A stretch of DNA of 64,000 nucleotides from Octopus bimaculoides (lineage: Eukaryota): assembly GCF_001194135.2 (NCBI RefSeq), contig NC_068993.1, forward strand, positions 55,215,431 to 55,279,430. Direction: 5' to 3'. Under the pieces are notes generated by a model, which did no database searches, had not been told where the DNA came from, and saw only the letters and a program-made list of their open reading frames with translations. This document shows, one piece after another, positions 24,276 through 36,419 of the stretch (positions are counted from its first letter, which is position 1; every line of letters starts with the position of its first letter). Position numbers and translations under genes: made by a program.

Positions 24276-25816
24276 CAAGATTATCATTATAATAATAATT
24301 ATTATTATTGCAACACAGGAGATGGAGAGTTCAGAATCCATTTTCTTCCCAAGTTGGAATTATTTCAGTTCATTTTGACTCGAATGTTGAAGTCGATAAT
24401 TGGTTAAATATTCCTCTATCATGCGATACAGCCTAATATACATACACATTACACGCCACTACTCCTTGAACATGAAGAAAACGTATGACAAGGTTACAGA
24501 AATATAACGAAAATATTCTGAGATATTTTAAAACAAGAATCATCAGTAAAATTTGAAAAATATGAAAATTGAATAGTAAATATGCTATAATAATACGATA
24601 GGTAATACCGTAGAACACAAAAAAAATTCAAGTGTGTGTTTGGTTTTACAAACAGGCGATCCCGACTAAATACGTAAAAGGGAGTCTATATAACTCTATC
24701 TTTTATCTTTGATTTGTTTCTGTCATTAGACTTTTATTAAAAGAAATTGCTACAGAAGTGACTCAAGGTTCTGGAGTTTCGTGTCGGCTTTCATTCATGT
24801 ATAATGTAGTAGTTAGACAAGGGGAAGTAATCGATGTAGACATGGGTGGCTGGAGAAACGAAGCAGAAGGCATTGAGAAAGACATGCAGAGGGAGGGGGA
24901 GAGAACGGGAGAGAAACAGACAAAGAGAACGAGAGAGAGAGAGAAGGAATTAAAGATAGACTGACAGAGTGAGAAAGAAATTTTCATAATAAAAAAAAAG
25001 ATATCTTGTTTGCAGGGAAAGGATTATATTTTTCCAAATTATTTCATGATACAGAGAAAATATTCTAATTTCATTTTCAACGAGAATAAGAATTAAAATA
25101 TGCACGCATACGGTCTCAGTCTCTCTCTCTCTCTGCTGACATTTTTTTTTAACGCTATGCGTCTATAAGACATGGTTTCTCGAGACGAAAACTGTAGATT
25201 AGAAGGCTTTCAACTGTATTATATATGCTGTGAACAGTATACTAAAATATTCTAAGATACACATTGCACACGTACGTTTTCTACCCCCCCCTCTCTCTCT
25301 AACACAAGCACGTCCCCTTCCTATATATTTCATTTCTTTTATTTTTGAGTCCTTGTCTATCGAACCTTAAAAATAAAATGGAAAAAAAAGAAGAAAAAGA
25401 AAAACAAGCTTCAAAACGAATGCGCGCATGAATACACATTTTACAAATTTCTAATTCCGACCGCATATTTTCCTTTCCACACACCCATTTTTTTTTTTTT
25501 TTAAATTCTTCCTTAGCACGTTTTATCCCTCTATCGATGCCAACGCTACGCCGGAGTACTGGCTCCATTGTACATATATTCACGCACATACTTATCAACC
25601 AAACCTCATTAACATAGCCACATTCGCGCATTCATTCACACACCCACCTCTACCACAGGTGACGTCGACATTAGGCCGTGTAACGAGTTGTCTCCCTTAG
25701 AACAGTTCTCACATGATTAACATTATCATACACATTAATTATCTGTGTGTGTGTGTATGTGTATTAGATATATACACGCATAATTACACATACATATATA
25801 CATTTACATACATACA

Positions 25817-25849
<33 letters not shown>

Positions 25850-25859
25850 NNNNNNNNNN

Positions 25860-25903
<44 letters not shown>

Positions 25904-28900
25904 CACAACCGTACACGCGGCATACATTAAATACATAATATATAACACTAGCTATGGGAGAAAGAGAGAGCAGTTTTCCACATGACTCGACCATCAATGG
26001 ACGTGACGACATCGCTATGACGTCATTGTCCTTTCATCTATGCCGCCCCTACTATGAAAATCTAGTCACAACTCTAGCTATGACATTTTCCTTTCTCATT
26101 ATATTAGCTTTTCAGATCTTATCTTCGTTTTTATTTTATTTAGTGAAAGGTAAATTGTATTTGAAGTGAATTAATCGCTTTTAAACGAGTCAGAAATGCT
26201 GTAGTTGTTGCTGTGGTTGTTGAAACGTGATGCAGCACACCTATGATTAAAAGGCATTCCAGTTGTGGCCATCCCGTCTTTATCGACATAATCTAGCCGA
26301 GATTACATTATTCAGCATATTCTTTTTTTTTTTTTAAAGACAGTCGGGCAGATTTGAGGGATATTTGGCTGTTATTTCTAGCAGGTTGGGCGACCAGTTA
26401 GAAAGAGATTCCATTGTTTGTTGGTCGTGAAGATTAAATGGAAAGATAAATAAAGATTTCTGGGTTCACATTCTTGCACAGACACGTTGGAACGATCTGG
26501 AGAGGGTATTAATACCTAAACCCCCGCCTCCCTCTATTTATATAACAGTAGGTGAAGAGAATGAGGAAAGAGGGAAAAAGAAAGTGAAAGAAAGGGAGAG
26601 AAAGAATAAGACGGATAATATCCAGAGGCTTAGAAGGTGTCCAGATTAATTAATTTGTTACTATAATGTATGACAAATGGAAATAGATTAGACAGCAACT
26701 GTGATATCATACTCCAGGGCAGCATTTTGCCCTCCCTATATGTAATACTGAACGCCTTCCTGCAGCCTCATAAATCAGCCAGTTAGCAACTGAAACGGGT
26801 AAGTAAACAAAGGCTGACACAGTTCAATGCCGTCTTAAGCTGAGACTTAACTCATTCAGCCGGAATTTAAGAAGGAAATAACTATACTACGGCTTTTAAT
26901 GTCTTACATCATATTAGTTTTGAAACAAATAGATTATGTCTGAATGTGTGTGAGAGAGAGAGAGACAGACAGACAGACAGATAGAGATCATCACCATTTA
27001 ACATCTGCTTTTCCATGCTTGCAAGGGTTGGAAGTAGTTTATTTGAGGCAGATTTTCATGGCCAGATATCTTTCTTGTTGCCAATCCTCACGTGTCTCCA
27101 AGGAAGGCAACAATTTTTCCTATGGCCAGACATGTTCTCACACAATACTGGAAATGAATGACACACCTTGTATGACGTATTACGTGATGTCAAAACAAGG
27201 AGACACAAATACATATATAATTGGGCTTCTTTCAGTTTCCAGCAACCAGATCCATTTATAAGGCTTTGGTTGGCCCAGGGCTATAGAAGAGGACGCTTGC
27301 CCAAGGTGCCACACAGTGGGGCTGAACCTATATATTACTGATATATACAGATATATATTTTAAGATTTTGCTAAGGCATGGCAATACTAATACCAGGTGT
27401 TAAAACACCATAAACATATGCTTCAGAATAAGAAGCTCCAAGGAAATTATAAGGTGATGCACAAACTTTCAGCTCAATATTTTGTCACTATTAGCTGGCA
27501 GAATCATGAGCATGCTACAAAAAACGCTTAGCAACATTTCATCCATTTTTACATTCTGAGTTTAAATTCCACCGAGGTCAACTTTGCCTTTCATCCTTTT
27601 GGGGGTCGATAAAATAAGTACTAGTTGAGCACTGGGGTCAATGTAATTGACTAACCACCTCTCCAAAATTGCTGGCCTTGATCCAAAATTTGAAACCAAT
27701 ATGCTGTGGCCAATTAGCACCAGAGTCTGTCCAAGCAGCCTACGATTAACGGGTTTAGCGATGACTGCCCCATCTTTATTCCAGACAGTGTGTATCAAGG
27801 ACTCTGTTAACTAATGTATTCCTGTTTTTTTAAGATTAGGGTATAATTTGAAGGAGATTTAAGCACAATATTTAGCAGGGCTCCATTGTCAGCTTTGCCT
27901 ATATTATGGATTAAAGTAATGAAGGAAAGTGTAGAATCTGTCCATGTTCAATCCTCCTACCATCACTCTTTCTCTCTGCCTTTCCTCTGTCCTTGAACAC
28001 TTATAGCCATCACTCTATCTCTCTCTCTCTTACTATCACTCATCTTTATTGCTATATACACCACTTGTTTCGACATACATCATTCTCACTTTCGGTACTA
28101 TTTGTTCTTTTTTTTTTCCAGAACCATCTCCATCTTATTACTTTCTCTTTCCTACATCACTCATGAAGAATTGAGAGGACATTTTAGTGTTGCCAAAGAC
28201 AAGACAACTTCACAAGAAGCAGTTTCATGACAGAATGTGTTCAGTACACTCTGTAAAGTTGTTGGTGTTAAGATCATTAAGCTGTTGAAAACCACACCAG
28301 AATGATAATGTATATGCAAGATGTGGTCCCCAACATCTTGTCAATAGGTCTATCAGGGATGGAGATGTTGGCAGTAATTTCGACCAAGAATTGACTTGGA
28401 CCATAAAGATCTGTTCAATATAAGCTAGGATGGACAACAGACATAAGATGAAGATGCTGAAATTAAAAGTAGTGTGTAAAAATCTATAGCAAGTGAATAT
28501 GTTTATAAAATGTTTCCATCTTCCTCAATGAGTTTAGTATAAAACAAATAGTCTGGAGAGATTTTTGGGAGTGAGCTTAGAGACCAGTGACAAAAATGGA
28601 ACGAAAAACTGGACAGCTTCTAATTCACATTCTTAAGGAGAATACTCAATATCAAGTGGTTGCAAAGAGTGCTAAGTATCACAAATGAGGTGACAAGTGT
28701 CAACAGTATCATGATGAAATAAGATGCATATGTTGGAACTTGACTGGATACGTCCTCAGATAGGATCGAGAAAATGATTGTATGGTGACACTAAAAGTGA
28801 CAGCCTGAGAGGGAAAGAGCAGCAGGGTACTCTAAAACCACATGGCAAAAGGACCATTGACAAGGAAAGGAAATGAGAAGTGTGGAGAAGCTGGAATGAG

Positions 28901-29845
28901 GCCAGAACTCTGGCAGAAAACAGAGCTGGTTGGAGAGATCATGTTGCAGCCTTATGTGCCTCGTGGCACAGAGAGAACCAATGTATAAGTGGGTTAGTCT
29001 ATTGAAGTGATGTACAAATAGCTATGATATTAAGGTTACGGACTGCTAATCACAATGAGTCTACTCTCTGTTACACTCAATCAAGCATGCTCCTTCAGAA
29101 ATGGAATCCTCCTTTATTTCCTAATAACATTTCTATACATGCACACACATTTTCATAACATACCAAACGTGCACTAATTCTTTGGGGGACAAAACAATGT
29201 TGTCTCTTTCAACACCTTCGCCCTCCACACAAATCAAACACTGGGCACTGGCTGGTATCATTGTGTCTGATTTTATCTCATGACAATTACATGTCTACAA
29301 TATAACCAAAACTGCATGTCAAGGATTTAACTTCCTTCTTGGAACCAAAAAGTGACTTCAGCCACAGTGCACAAGCTATGAGTAACCTCTTACCTTTACT
29401 CCTTGAACTCCCTTCAGACGTTAACCTGTAAGCCACACTAACAGGGCCTGCGAAAGCTAACAGGCCTGCACCACCCATCTACAATCCAAAATGTAAAAAT
29501 CAAGAGAAAATTATTGGGAAAACCACTCAGCTGTGGCTAGCCCTCATTGTTGAGTGGGAAGTAACCAAAAGGATGATTCAAATCATCATAATCATGATCA
29601 TCATTTAATGTCTCTTTTCCATGCTGATAAGGGTTGGACAGTTTGACCCAAGCTGGCAAGCAGGAGAGAGCTACACCAGGTTCCAGTCGTGATTTGGCTT
29701 GGTTTCTACAGCTGGATGCTGGTCCTAATGCCAACCACTTTACTGCGGGTGCAGGGTGTTTTTTATGTGACATTGGTGTGTAAAGAGATTTGCTCCAAGA
29801 AACTGAAAATATGTCTCAACATGTTAGCAAGAAACTGATACTTAC

Positions 29846-30089
29846 TGAGCATAAATATGAATGGAACACTCATGAAGATGAGAGTAAGACACTGCAATTT
29901 GAACTTGGTTAAATGGTCCTTCAGGTAAAAGAAAAGCAAACCGTTCAAGATGGAATGACCATGAAAGTTCTTGCTGTGACTGAAACCAGTCGTTCATTGA
30001 AGTTAGATTTGTCAGACGAGATTTTATGAGAAATTTCCAACAGTTTTGGACAGAATTGAAGGCAATCAGTGACCTTTTCATGTCTTCAG
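29846..30089 (-). CDS. FANCB: FANCB coding exon 7
   Basis: tttcctttttcag acceptor, CA|GTAAGT donor, 244 nt, phase 1/2; (S)EDMKRSLIAF...HLHECSIHIYA. Confidence 0.85.
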
Positions 30090-31077
30090 CTGAAAAAGGA
30101 AAAAAATAAGGTTATAAAATAGAAAAGAAGGAAGGAAAATCTGGAAGAAAAGGCTTACTTGTTACTGACAGTGGTTGGAACACCATTTTATCATCGCTGT
30201 TATCAGTGTTTAAAGTCCACTTTTCCTCACTTTACTGAGGCAGATTTTACTATGGCTAGATGCCTTTCCTGTTGCCAACTCTTACTATTTCCAAGCAAGG
30301 CAACATTTCCCCATAACAAGACATGTTTCTGCAGAATGTTGGAAATGAGTGACATTCATTTACAACAATCACAATGTCAGAACAAGGACACACACACACA
30401 CACAGAGCAAGCGTTTTTCAGTTTCTGTCTACCAATTCCACTCATGAGGCTTTGGTTGGCCTGAGACAATTGTAGAAGACACTTATCTAAGGTGCCACAC
30501 AGTGGGACTGAACCCAAAACCACATGGTTGGAAAGCAAACTTCTTAACCACACAACCACATCCATATTTACTTTAATCAAGGCTGACTTAAGGCTACGCA
30601 CCCAAAGAAAAACAATTGCCATAGATGTCCTAATTAGAAGTAACTTCACAACAACCACTTACTTAATACATTTAAAAACACGGATGCAATACTGGCTTCA
30701 AATTTTGGCACAATGCCAGCAATTTCAGGGAGAGGGTAAATTGATTACATCAGCCCCAGTACTCAACTGGTACTTATTTTATTGACCCTCAAAAGAATGG
30801 AAGGCAAACTTGACCTCACCGGATATTGAATTCAGGACATAAAAATGGATGGAATGCCGTTAAGCGTTTTTCCCAGTCTTCTAACTAATCTACCAGCTTG
30901 CCGTCTTGCACAGGTGTAGTATTTAAAAGATGCTTCATTTCTGAAGATGAGGTTAATTGTCCTTCCTGACCCACCAAAAAAATAACACAATTATAATTGT
31001 ATTAACAATAACTCATCTTAGACATTTAGACATATAAATGATAACAATGATGATGATGATTATCAACACATTCTTAC

Positions 31078-31466
31078 AAGATATGGATTCTGTCAGAGCA
31101 AGAAGCTGCTGGTAAGGTGACATCGTGTTTAGTAATGTTTCCGGGTCAAAACTGACAGCCCCACATGGAACTAAGTAACTCACAGATGACTCTGTCTCAT
31201 AGCTCGAATCACAGCAATGCAAGAATACAAGAAATTTTGATGTTGGTTTTACTCCAATCTTTGGTAAGGTGTCTAAGGCACATGTAATGGTTTCGGTACC
31301 AGAGAGATGTTTTACATCAGCTTTATCACTAGTGGTGGTGGTGGTGGTCATTGTAGGAGATCTCTTTCCTGTTGTGTGCAAGTGATTCAACAGACAGTTA
31401 CCAGAAGCCAAAATGTCGTTATGTTCTTGATCTGACATAACCAACAGGGAGACATTTCGGAACTTT
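31078..31466 (-). CDS. FANCB: FANCB coding exon 6
   Basis: tttttttatatag acceptor, T|GTAAGA donor, 389 nt, phase 2/1. Begins (R)KFRNVSLLVMSDQ, resembling FANCB LNDVTLSLLMDQ. Confidence 0.85.
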
Positions 31467-31597
31467 CTATATAAAAAAAAAAATTAACACAAAAGTAAAT
31501 AAAATAAACAAAAAAGGACATTAAATAATGGTTTATAATTTAGGCATGAGGTCAGCATTTTGAGTACTTAATTTGAATACATTATTTACATTATTTA

Positions 31598-31770
31598 CTA
31601 CTAACCCTAAGATTCCGAGTTCGATTTCAGGCAATGACCGGAATAATAATAATAATAATAATATCATCGAAAAAATACCTTAGGAATGAGAACCCAGGTT
31701 CGAAATTTCCCCAAGACTCCTGATCAAGGCTGGAGGGTATATCAGCCGAAACGTTATGTTAACAACAAGG
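31598..31770 (+). mobile_element. Second, 5'-truncated and decayed copy of the hammerhead SINE
   Basis: tactaaccctaagattccgagttcgatttc...(aat)n...aggaatgagaacccagg...ctgatcaaggctggagggtatatcagccgaaacgtt matches 12040-12336. Confidence 0.75.
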
Positions 31771-31948
31771 CAGTCTCTATGCAGCCACTTAATTAGTAGA
31801 AATAGCAGCTAAATCTCATTCAGATCTCACCTTATATTAATGAAGTTGCCTGATATTTTATCTTTAAGGGATGAATCATAATCACTTCTTCTAGCCATGG
31901 AACACCAAATATGAGGTTAAAAAATGAAAGAAAAAGAATTATTCCTAC

Positions 31949-32103
31949 CTAGAAACTGTAGGTTTAAAATCCACACCAACGATCCACTGCTCTCCAACGA
32001 TTTTCTGCCAAACATCAACAATTTCAACATCCACTTCTGCAGGTTTGGTTCTCTTCGTTTCAACTACACTTGGAGATCCTTTGATGAAGGTCATCATTCT
32101 AAA
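31949..32103 (-). CDS. FANCB: FANCB coding exon 5
   Basis: gtctttctgtcag acceptor, AG|GTAGGA donor, 155 nt, phase 0/2. VEIVDVWQKIVGEQWIVGVDFK matches FANCB VEKIWYRVIDDSLVVGVK. Confidence 0.88.
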
Positions 32104-33042
32104 CTGACAGAAAGACAACAAAGTCATGTATATTAACAACAACAACCATAAAGAAAAATAATACTAATAATAAATAAATCGTTTAATATGGATCTCGAAG
32201 TCAGGCGGTGAGCTGGAAGGATCGTTAGCACGCCGGGCGAAATGCTTAACAGTATTTCGTCTGTCTTTACATTCTCATTTCAAATTCTGCCTTTCATCCT
32301 TTCGGGGTCGATAAGTATCAGTTGTGTACTGGGGTCGATCTAATCGACTGGCCCCCTTCCCAAAAATTTTGGCTATAATAGAAGATACTTGTTCAAGGTT
32401 TTGGGTTCAGCCCCACAGTGTGGCACATTGGGCTATAACTCCAGGCTTACCAAAGCCTTGTGAGAGGATTTCAGAGACAGAAACTGAAAGAAGCCTCTCT
32501 CTCTCTCTCTCTGTGCATGCGTGTGTGTGTCCTTGTCTAGACATCGTTTGATGGCTGTAAACAAGCATCACTGTCATACAAGTGGTGTTGTTCATTTCCA
32601 GTCTTCCATGAAAAACATGTCTGGCCATGTGGAAATATTACCTTATTTTGAAATAGGTAAGGATTGGTGGCAAGAAGAGCATCTGTCTGTAGAAAATCTG
32701 CCTCAACAAATTTACTGTCTGACCCATGCAATCACGGAAAAGCAGACAGTAAATGATGACGGTGATGATGATGAACTTATGTATATAAGTCATCACTGAG
32801 AAAAACAATATGGGTGAGTGACTGACATGACATATCGTTAGAGACTGAGAGACATAGCAAGTCTGGGGTGTTTGAAGACATTAGCTGAACGTTGCTCATT
32901 AACAGGACGTAATGCAGTGTTGTGTGCTTCCTTGATACATATTGAATACAATTACTGTATTTTGGTGCTGCTATATTACCATGTTGAAGAATGCTTTCAA
33001 GATCCCTGTGCATGATGATATTGGTAACTAATCTATACTTAC

Positions 33043-33171
33043 AGGATTCACAGAATCTGGAGAGAGCAGATTTCTGTTGCCTTCACCATTCAACAAGTGA
33101 CATACGTCTGATATAAATTGATTTTGTTCATCGATGAGCCTTTTTTTCTCTTCAAGGGTCAGAACATCTTG
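33043..33171 (-). CDS. FANCB: FANCB coding exon 4 (43 aa, coiled-coil-like)
   Basis: tattttcttcag acceptor, CCT|GTAAGT donor, 129 nt, phase 0/0; QDVLTLEEKKRLIDEQNQFISDVCHLLNGEGNRNLLSPDSVNP. Confidence 0.85.
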
Positions 33172-34244
33172 CTGAAGAAAATATATATCAAAAGAAAACA
33201 TTAGTTGGAATTTGGTTAAAGACTGACATTTCATTGTAGCTAATAAAACAAAAACAGGTGTGTGTGTGTGAGAGAGAGGGGGAGAGGAGAGGAGAACAGA
33301 TGAAAGTTAAAAGAGAACATATAGTGCAGTCATGGGTCAGCAATCTTTTCCGAGAATTGGGCTGCACGAGACATGACTCAGCAGGCTGCCCAAACTACTA
33401 AAGGAAATCAAGGCAAACTTTTGTTAAGCACGCCATTCAGAAAATCCTATGGTGTGTGAAAGTATATTAGGTGGGTTTTCATTGGGTGTGGTCTAGGATA
33501 TATCCAGTCTATAATATAAAGGGACCTAATTTGTTTTTGCTTTTTTTTTGTTATTGGGTTGACCTTGAGGAAAAGGCTGTGCCCATGACTTATGCGGGTT
33601 CCTGGAGCTTTTTGAGATCAGTGCAGTAAATGTCCCTCCTGAACAGCTGCAAGTTAATAGTTGCAGGTAAAACATACAATTATTGGTAATGAGGGTATGA
33701 GACATTTTGGCACAGCTGTTTTGGCATCGCTGATTCGATGCTAATTTACTTGACATAACATGTTTTAATATTTCTTTTGTTTTCTCTCTCATTCTTTGTT
33801 TCTGTGTGTGAATATATTTCTCTTTACGCATGAGGTGGAAAGTGTTTATTTCAATCTCCTTCAATTAATTAATGGTTACTGTGAATGCATGTATGTCCAT
33901 GTGTGCACATGAGAGAGAGAGAGAGAGAGAGAAGGGTGTTGCCTCCAGTGCCAAAAAGTATTGTTGACAAAATACACTGAATGTCCAGTTAGCTGTGTCG
34001 AGTTTATCAGTATCCAAACAGTTATGCCCAATTGTCTCATTCTGAGTTAACGAGAACAAGTGAATTAGGAGTGCCTGAGTGGGAGTATATGGAAGTGATC
34101 AAAGTGCAGCCAGCCTTGAAGAAAAGATTACTGTAGTAGTGAATGAAAAAATGAAATATCACTTAGTGAAATGCCTCAGATATGTGACTAGCACTCAAGT
34201 TTGAATTAAAAGTGGTGTCACGAACTATAAAAAAAAATACTTGC

Positions 34245-34331
34245 CTGTATTTGCTGTAAGAGAACCTCACCAACAGCAGGTGGACAAAAATCTCCATCAT
34301 TAAATGCTGTATTTTCATCCTGTACAAGTTT
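34245..34331 (-). CDS. FANCB: FANCB coding exon 3 (29 aa, GC donor)
   Basis: ggttatttccag acceptor; 87 nt KLVQDENTAFNDGDFCPPAVGEVLLQQIQ; ends CAG|GCAAGT. Only this donor keeps frame with exon 4. Confidence 0.75.
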
Positions 34332-35467
34332 CTGGAAATAACCAAAAAAATGTTGAAAGGAGGATAAAAAAAATTATACGATTCTGCTTTGGTTTACATA
34401 TGAATATATATGCATGTGTACACTTATACATACAAGTGTGCTAATCTTCTGAATGATTCACAACAGTCTAAAATTTATATATATATATATATATATTTGG
34501 CATTAGGAAAGGCATCCAGCTGTAGGAACTTTGCCAAATCAGACTGGAGCATGGTGCAGTCTTCAGTCAAACTGTCCAACCCATGCCAGCATGGAAAGCA
34601 GATGTTAAATGATGATGATGATATATATCATATATACAGACAAACAGACAGGCAGATAGATATACAAGACATTAAAAATGAGAATGGAGTCATTATACAT
34701 ACTCGAAAATTATTTTATTACAGTATCATATACAATACATTCACTTTAAATCTCTGTCCGGCACGTGTTTCTAGTGCATAGATATCCTAAGATGTGGCAT
34801 TCAATTACATCCTGCTGGTTCAATTGCGTTATAACTTCAACCAGGGTATATGTATCTATGCAGCTTTATTGAAGGTGTTACTACTACAAATTTTTGTATG
34901 TATGAATATATATATATATACACACATCTTCATCATTATCATCGTTTAACATCCATTTTCCATGCTGGCATGGGTCGGATGGTTTGACAGGAGCTGGCCA
35001 GCAGAAAAGCTGCTCAGGCTACATGACTATTTTTCGCATGGTTTCTGCGGCTGAATGCCATTCCTAATACCAACCACTTTACAGAGTATACTGGGTGCTT
35101 TTTATGCAGCACGAGCATGGGTGCGTTTACTTGGCACCATTTTATGTGCTGCTTGCACCCACAAGCTGTGCCCCATTAACTTTCATAGATCCTCAACTTC
35201 ATGTCATATGTGTCTGCCAATCACATCAATGTAATTGAGTGGTCATCATCGACTATTAGTGGGGAAGTCTCCAAAATAATGCAACTGATATTGTTTATTG
35301 CTTAGCATGAGATCAGTGATCAAAACGGCCTACTCAGCATTGAGCAGTAATAACGATGAATATGCCCATAAATTTCGCGTGACATCACTGACCCTATATT
35401 TCTTCCCCTCTCCCTCAGCCCCTCAAAAAAGAAAAGAAGGGGAAGAAAGTAAAAAGGGAAGTCTTAC

Positions 35468-35653
35468 CATCACATCAGCATTACCATCCTGAAAGTGATG
35501 GCATTCCAAATCAGTAAGCAGCCAGAATTTAACCAACTCTGAACCCTCTGTTTCCTCATTGCTATGAAGACCCAGAAACAATACCTGCTGTGTTCCACAC
35601 TGAAGAAAATCTTGCACAAAAATCTTGTTAACATCTTTGATAACAAATTTTAC
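35468..35653 (-). CDS. FANCB: FANCB coding exon 2 (62 aa)
   Basis: ctaacttttcag acceptor, ATG|GTAAGA donor, 186 nt, phase 0/0. VKFVIKDVNKIFVQDFLQCGTQQVLFL...FWLLTDL matches the FANCB motif LIDDFIGSGTEQVLLL...FKITDL. Confidence 0.88.
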
Positions 35654-35896
35654 CTGAAAAGTTAGGTAATGAAATATATTAGATATAATAAAATGACTCC
35701 ATGAAATATAGTAAATGTAATAAAAAAAAACTAATAAAGCAAGGACTTGCTCAAGTAGTCAGTTTTGTCAGAGATAAGGAGTTATATCTAACCAAAAGTC
35801 ACTAGAGTGGATGCCAGTGTTAATATAAGTAAAATTCTATGACAATTTTAAAGTTATTTGCTCAGTGCAGCTACTGTTTATACCTTGTTCAGAGAT

Positions 35897-36115
35897 TTAT
35901 TATATATATATAAATACATATATATAAATATATATATACATAAATATATATATATATATATAAATACATATATATATATAAATATATATATACATACATA
36001 TATATACATAAATATATATATATACATAAATATATATATATATAAAAATACATAAATATATATATATAGAAATACATAAACATATATATATACACATACA
36101 TATAAATATATATAC

Positions 36116-36169
<54 letters not shown>

Positions 36170-36170
36170 T
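35897..36170. repeat. Compound (TA)n/TATATAAA/TACA array
   Basis: Directly visible. Confidence 0.9.
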
Positions 36171-36248
36171 TGCAGCGTGGAAGGTGTTTATAAGCCATTT
36201 AAAATAACACACAAAATCCGTTAGATTCACTTCAACATTTAAATTTAA

Positions 36249-36299
36249 TTTGTCAAAATATTTTCATCGCTTTGAGACCGCGACCTGTTCACTGACAAA
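36249..36299 (-). ncRNA. Minimal hammerhead-like motif with G3-C8 swapped core
   Basis: Minus strand UUUGUCA-GUGAACA-G-GUCGC(GGUCUCAAA)GCGAU-GAA-AAUAUU-U-UGACAAA: perfect 7-bp helix I, 5-bp helix II, palindromic helix III. Confidence 0.6.
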
Positions 36300-36419
36300 A
36301 TTCTGTGCTGCATATATATATATCTATATAAACATATATATATATATAGAATTTTTTTTTCTGCAGTTTCAGCTCAGAGCTGTGGTCATCTGATGCTCTG
36401 CTGTTTTGCTACACTGTTA

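Noticed and set aside
25299-25631. 110-aa minus ORF (MEPVLRRSVGIDRG...) in the CpG island
   Set aside because: Runs through poly(A)/poly(T) tracts with no recognisable domain; more likely UTR or promoter sequence.
29287-29478. 63-aa minus ORF MGGAGLLAFAG...
   Set aside because: No splice-phase fit to FANCB and no identifiable motif; probably repeat-derived.
32777-33013. 78-aa minus ORF just after FANCB exon 4
   Set aside because: No clear acceptor/donor pair; exons 4 and 5 already join in phase; no recognisable homology.
33526-34059. Minus ORFs (112 aa and 64 aa) in FANCB intron 3
   Set aside because: Built partly from simple repeats; the candidate internal acceptor gives stops in two frames; not needed for the gene model.
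35858-36230. ORFs such as YIYIYI, HTHTHT, IIIII, MMMM here and throughout the window
   Set aside because: Translations of microsatellites.
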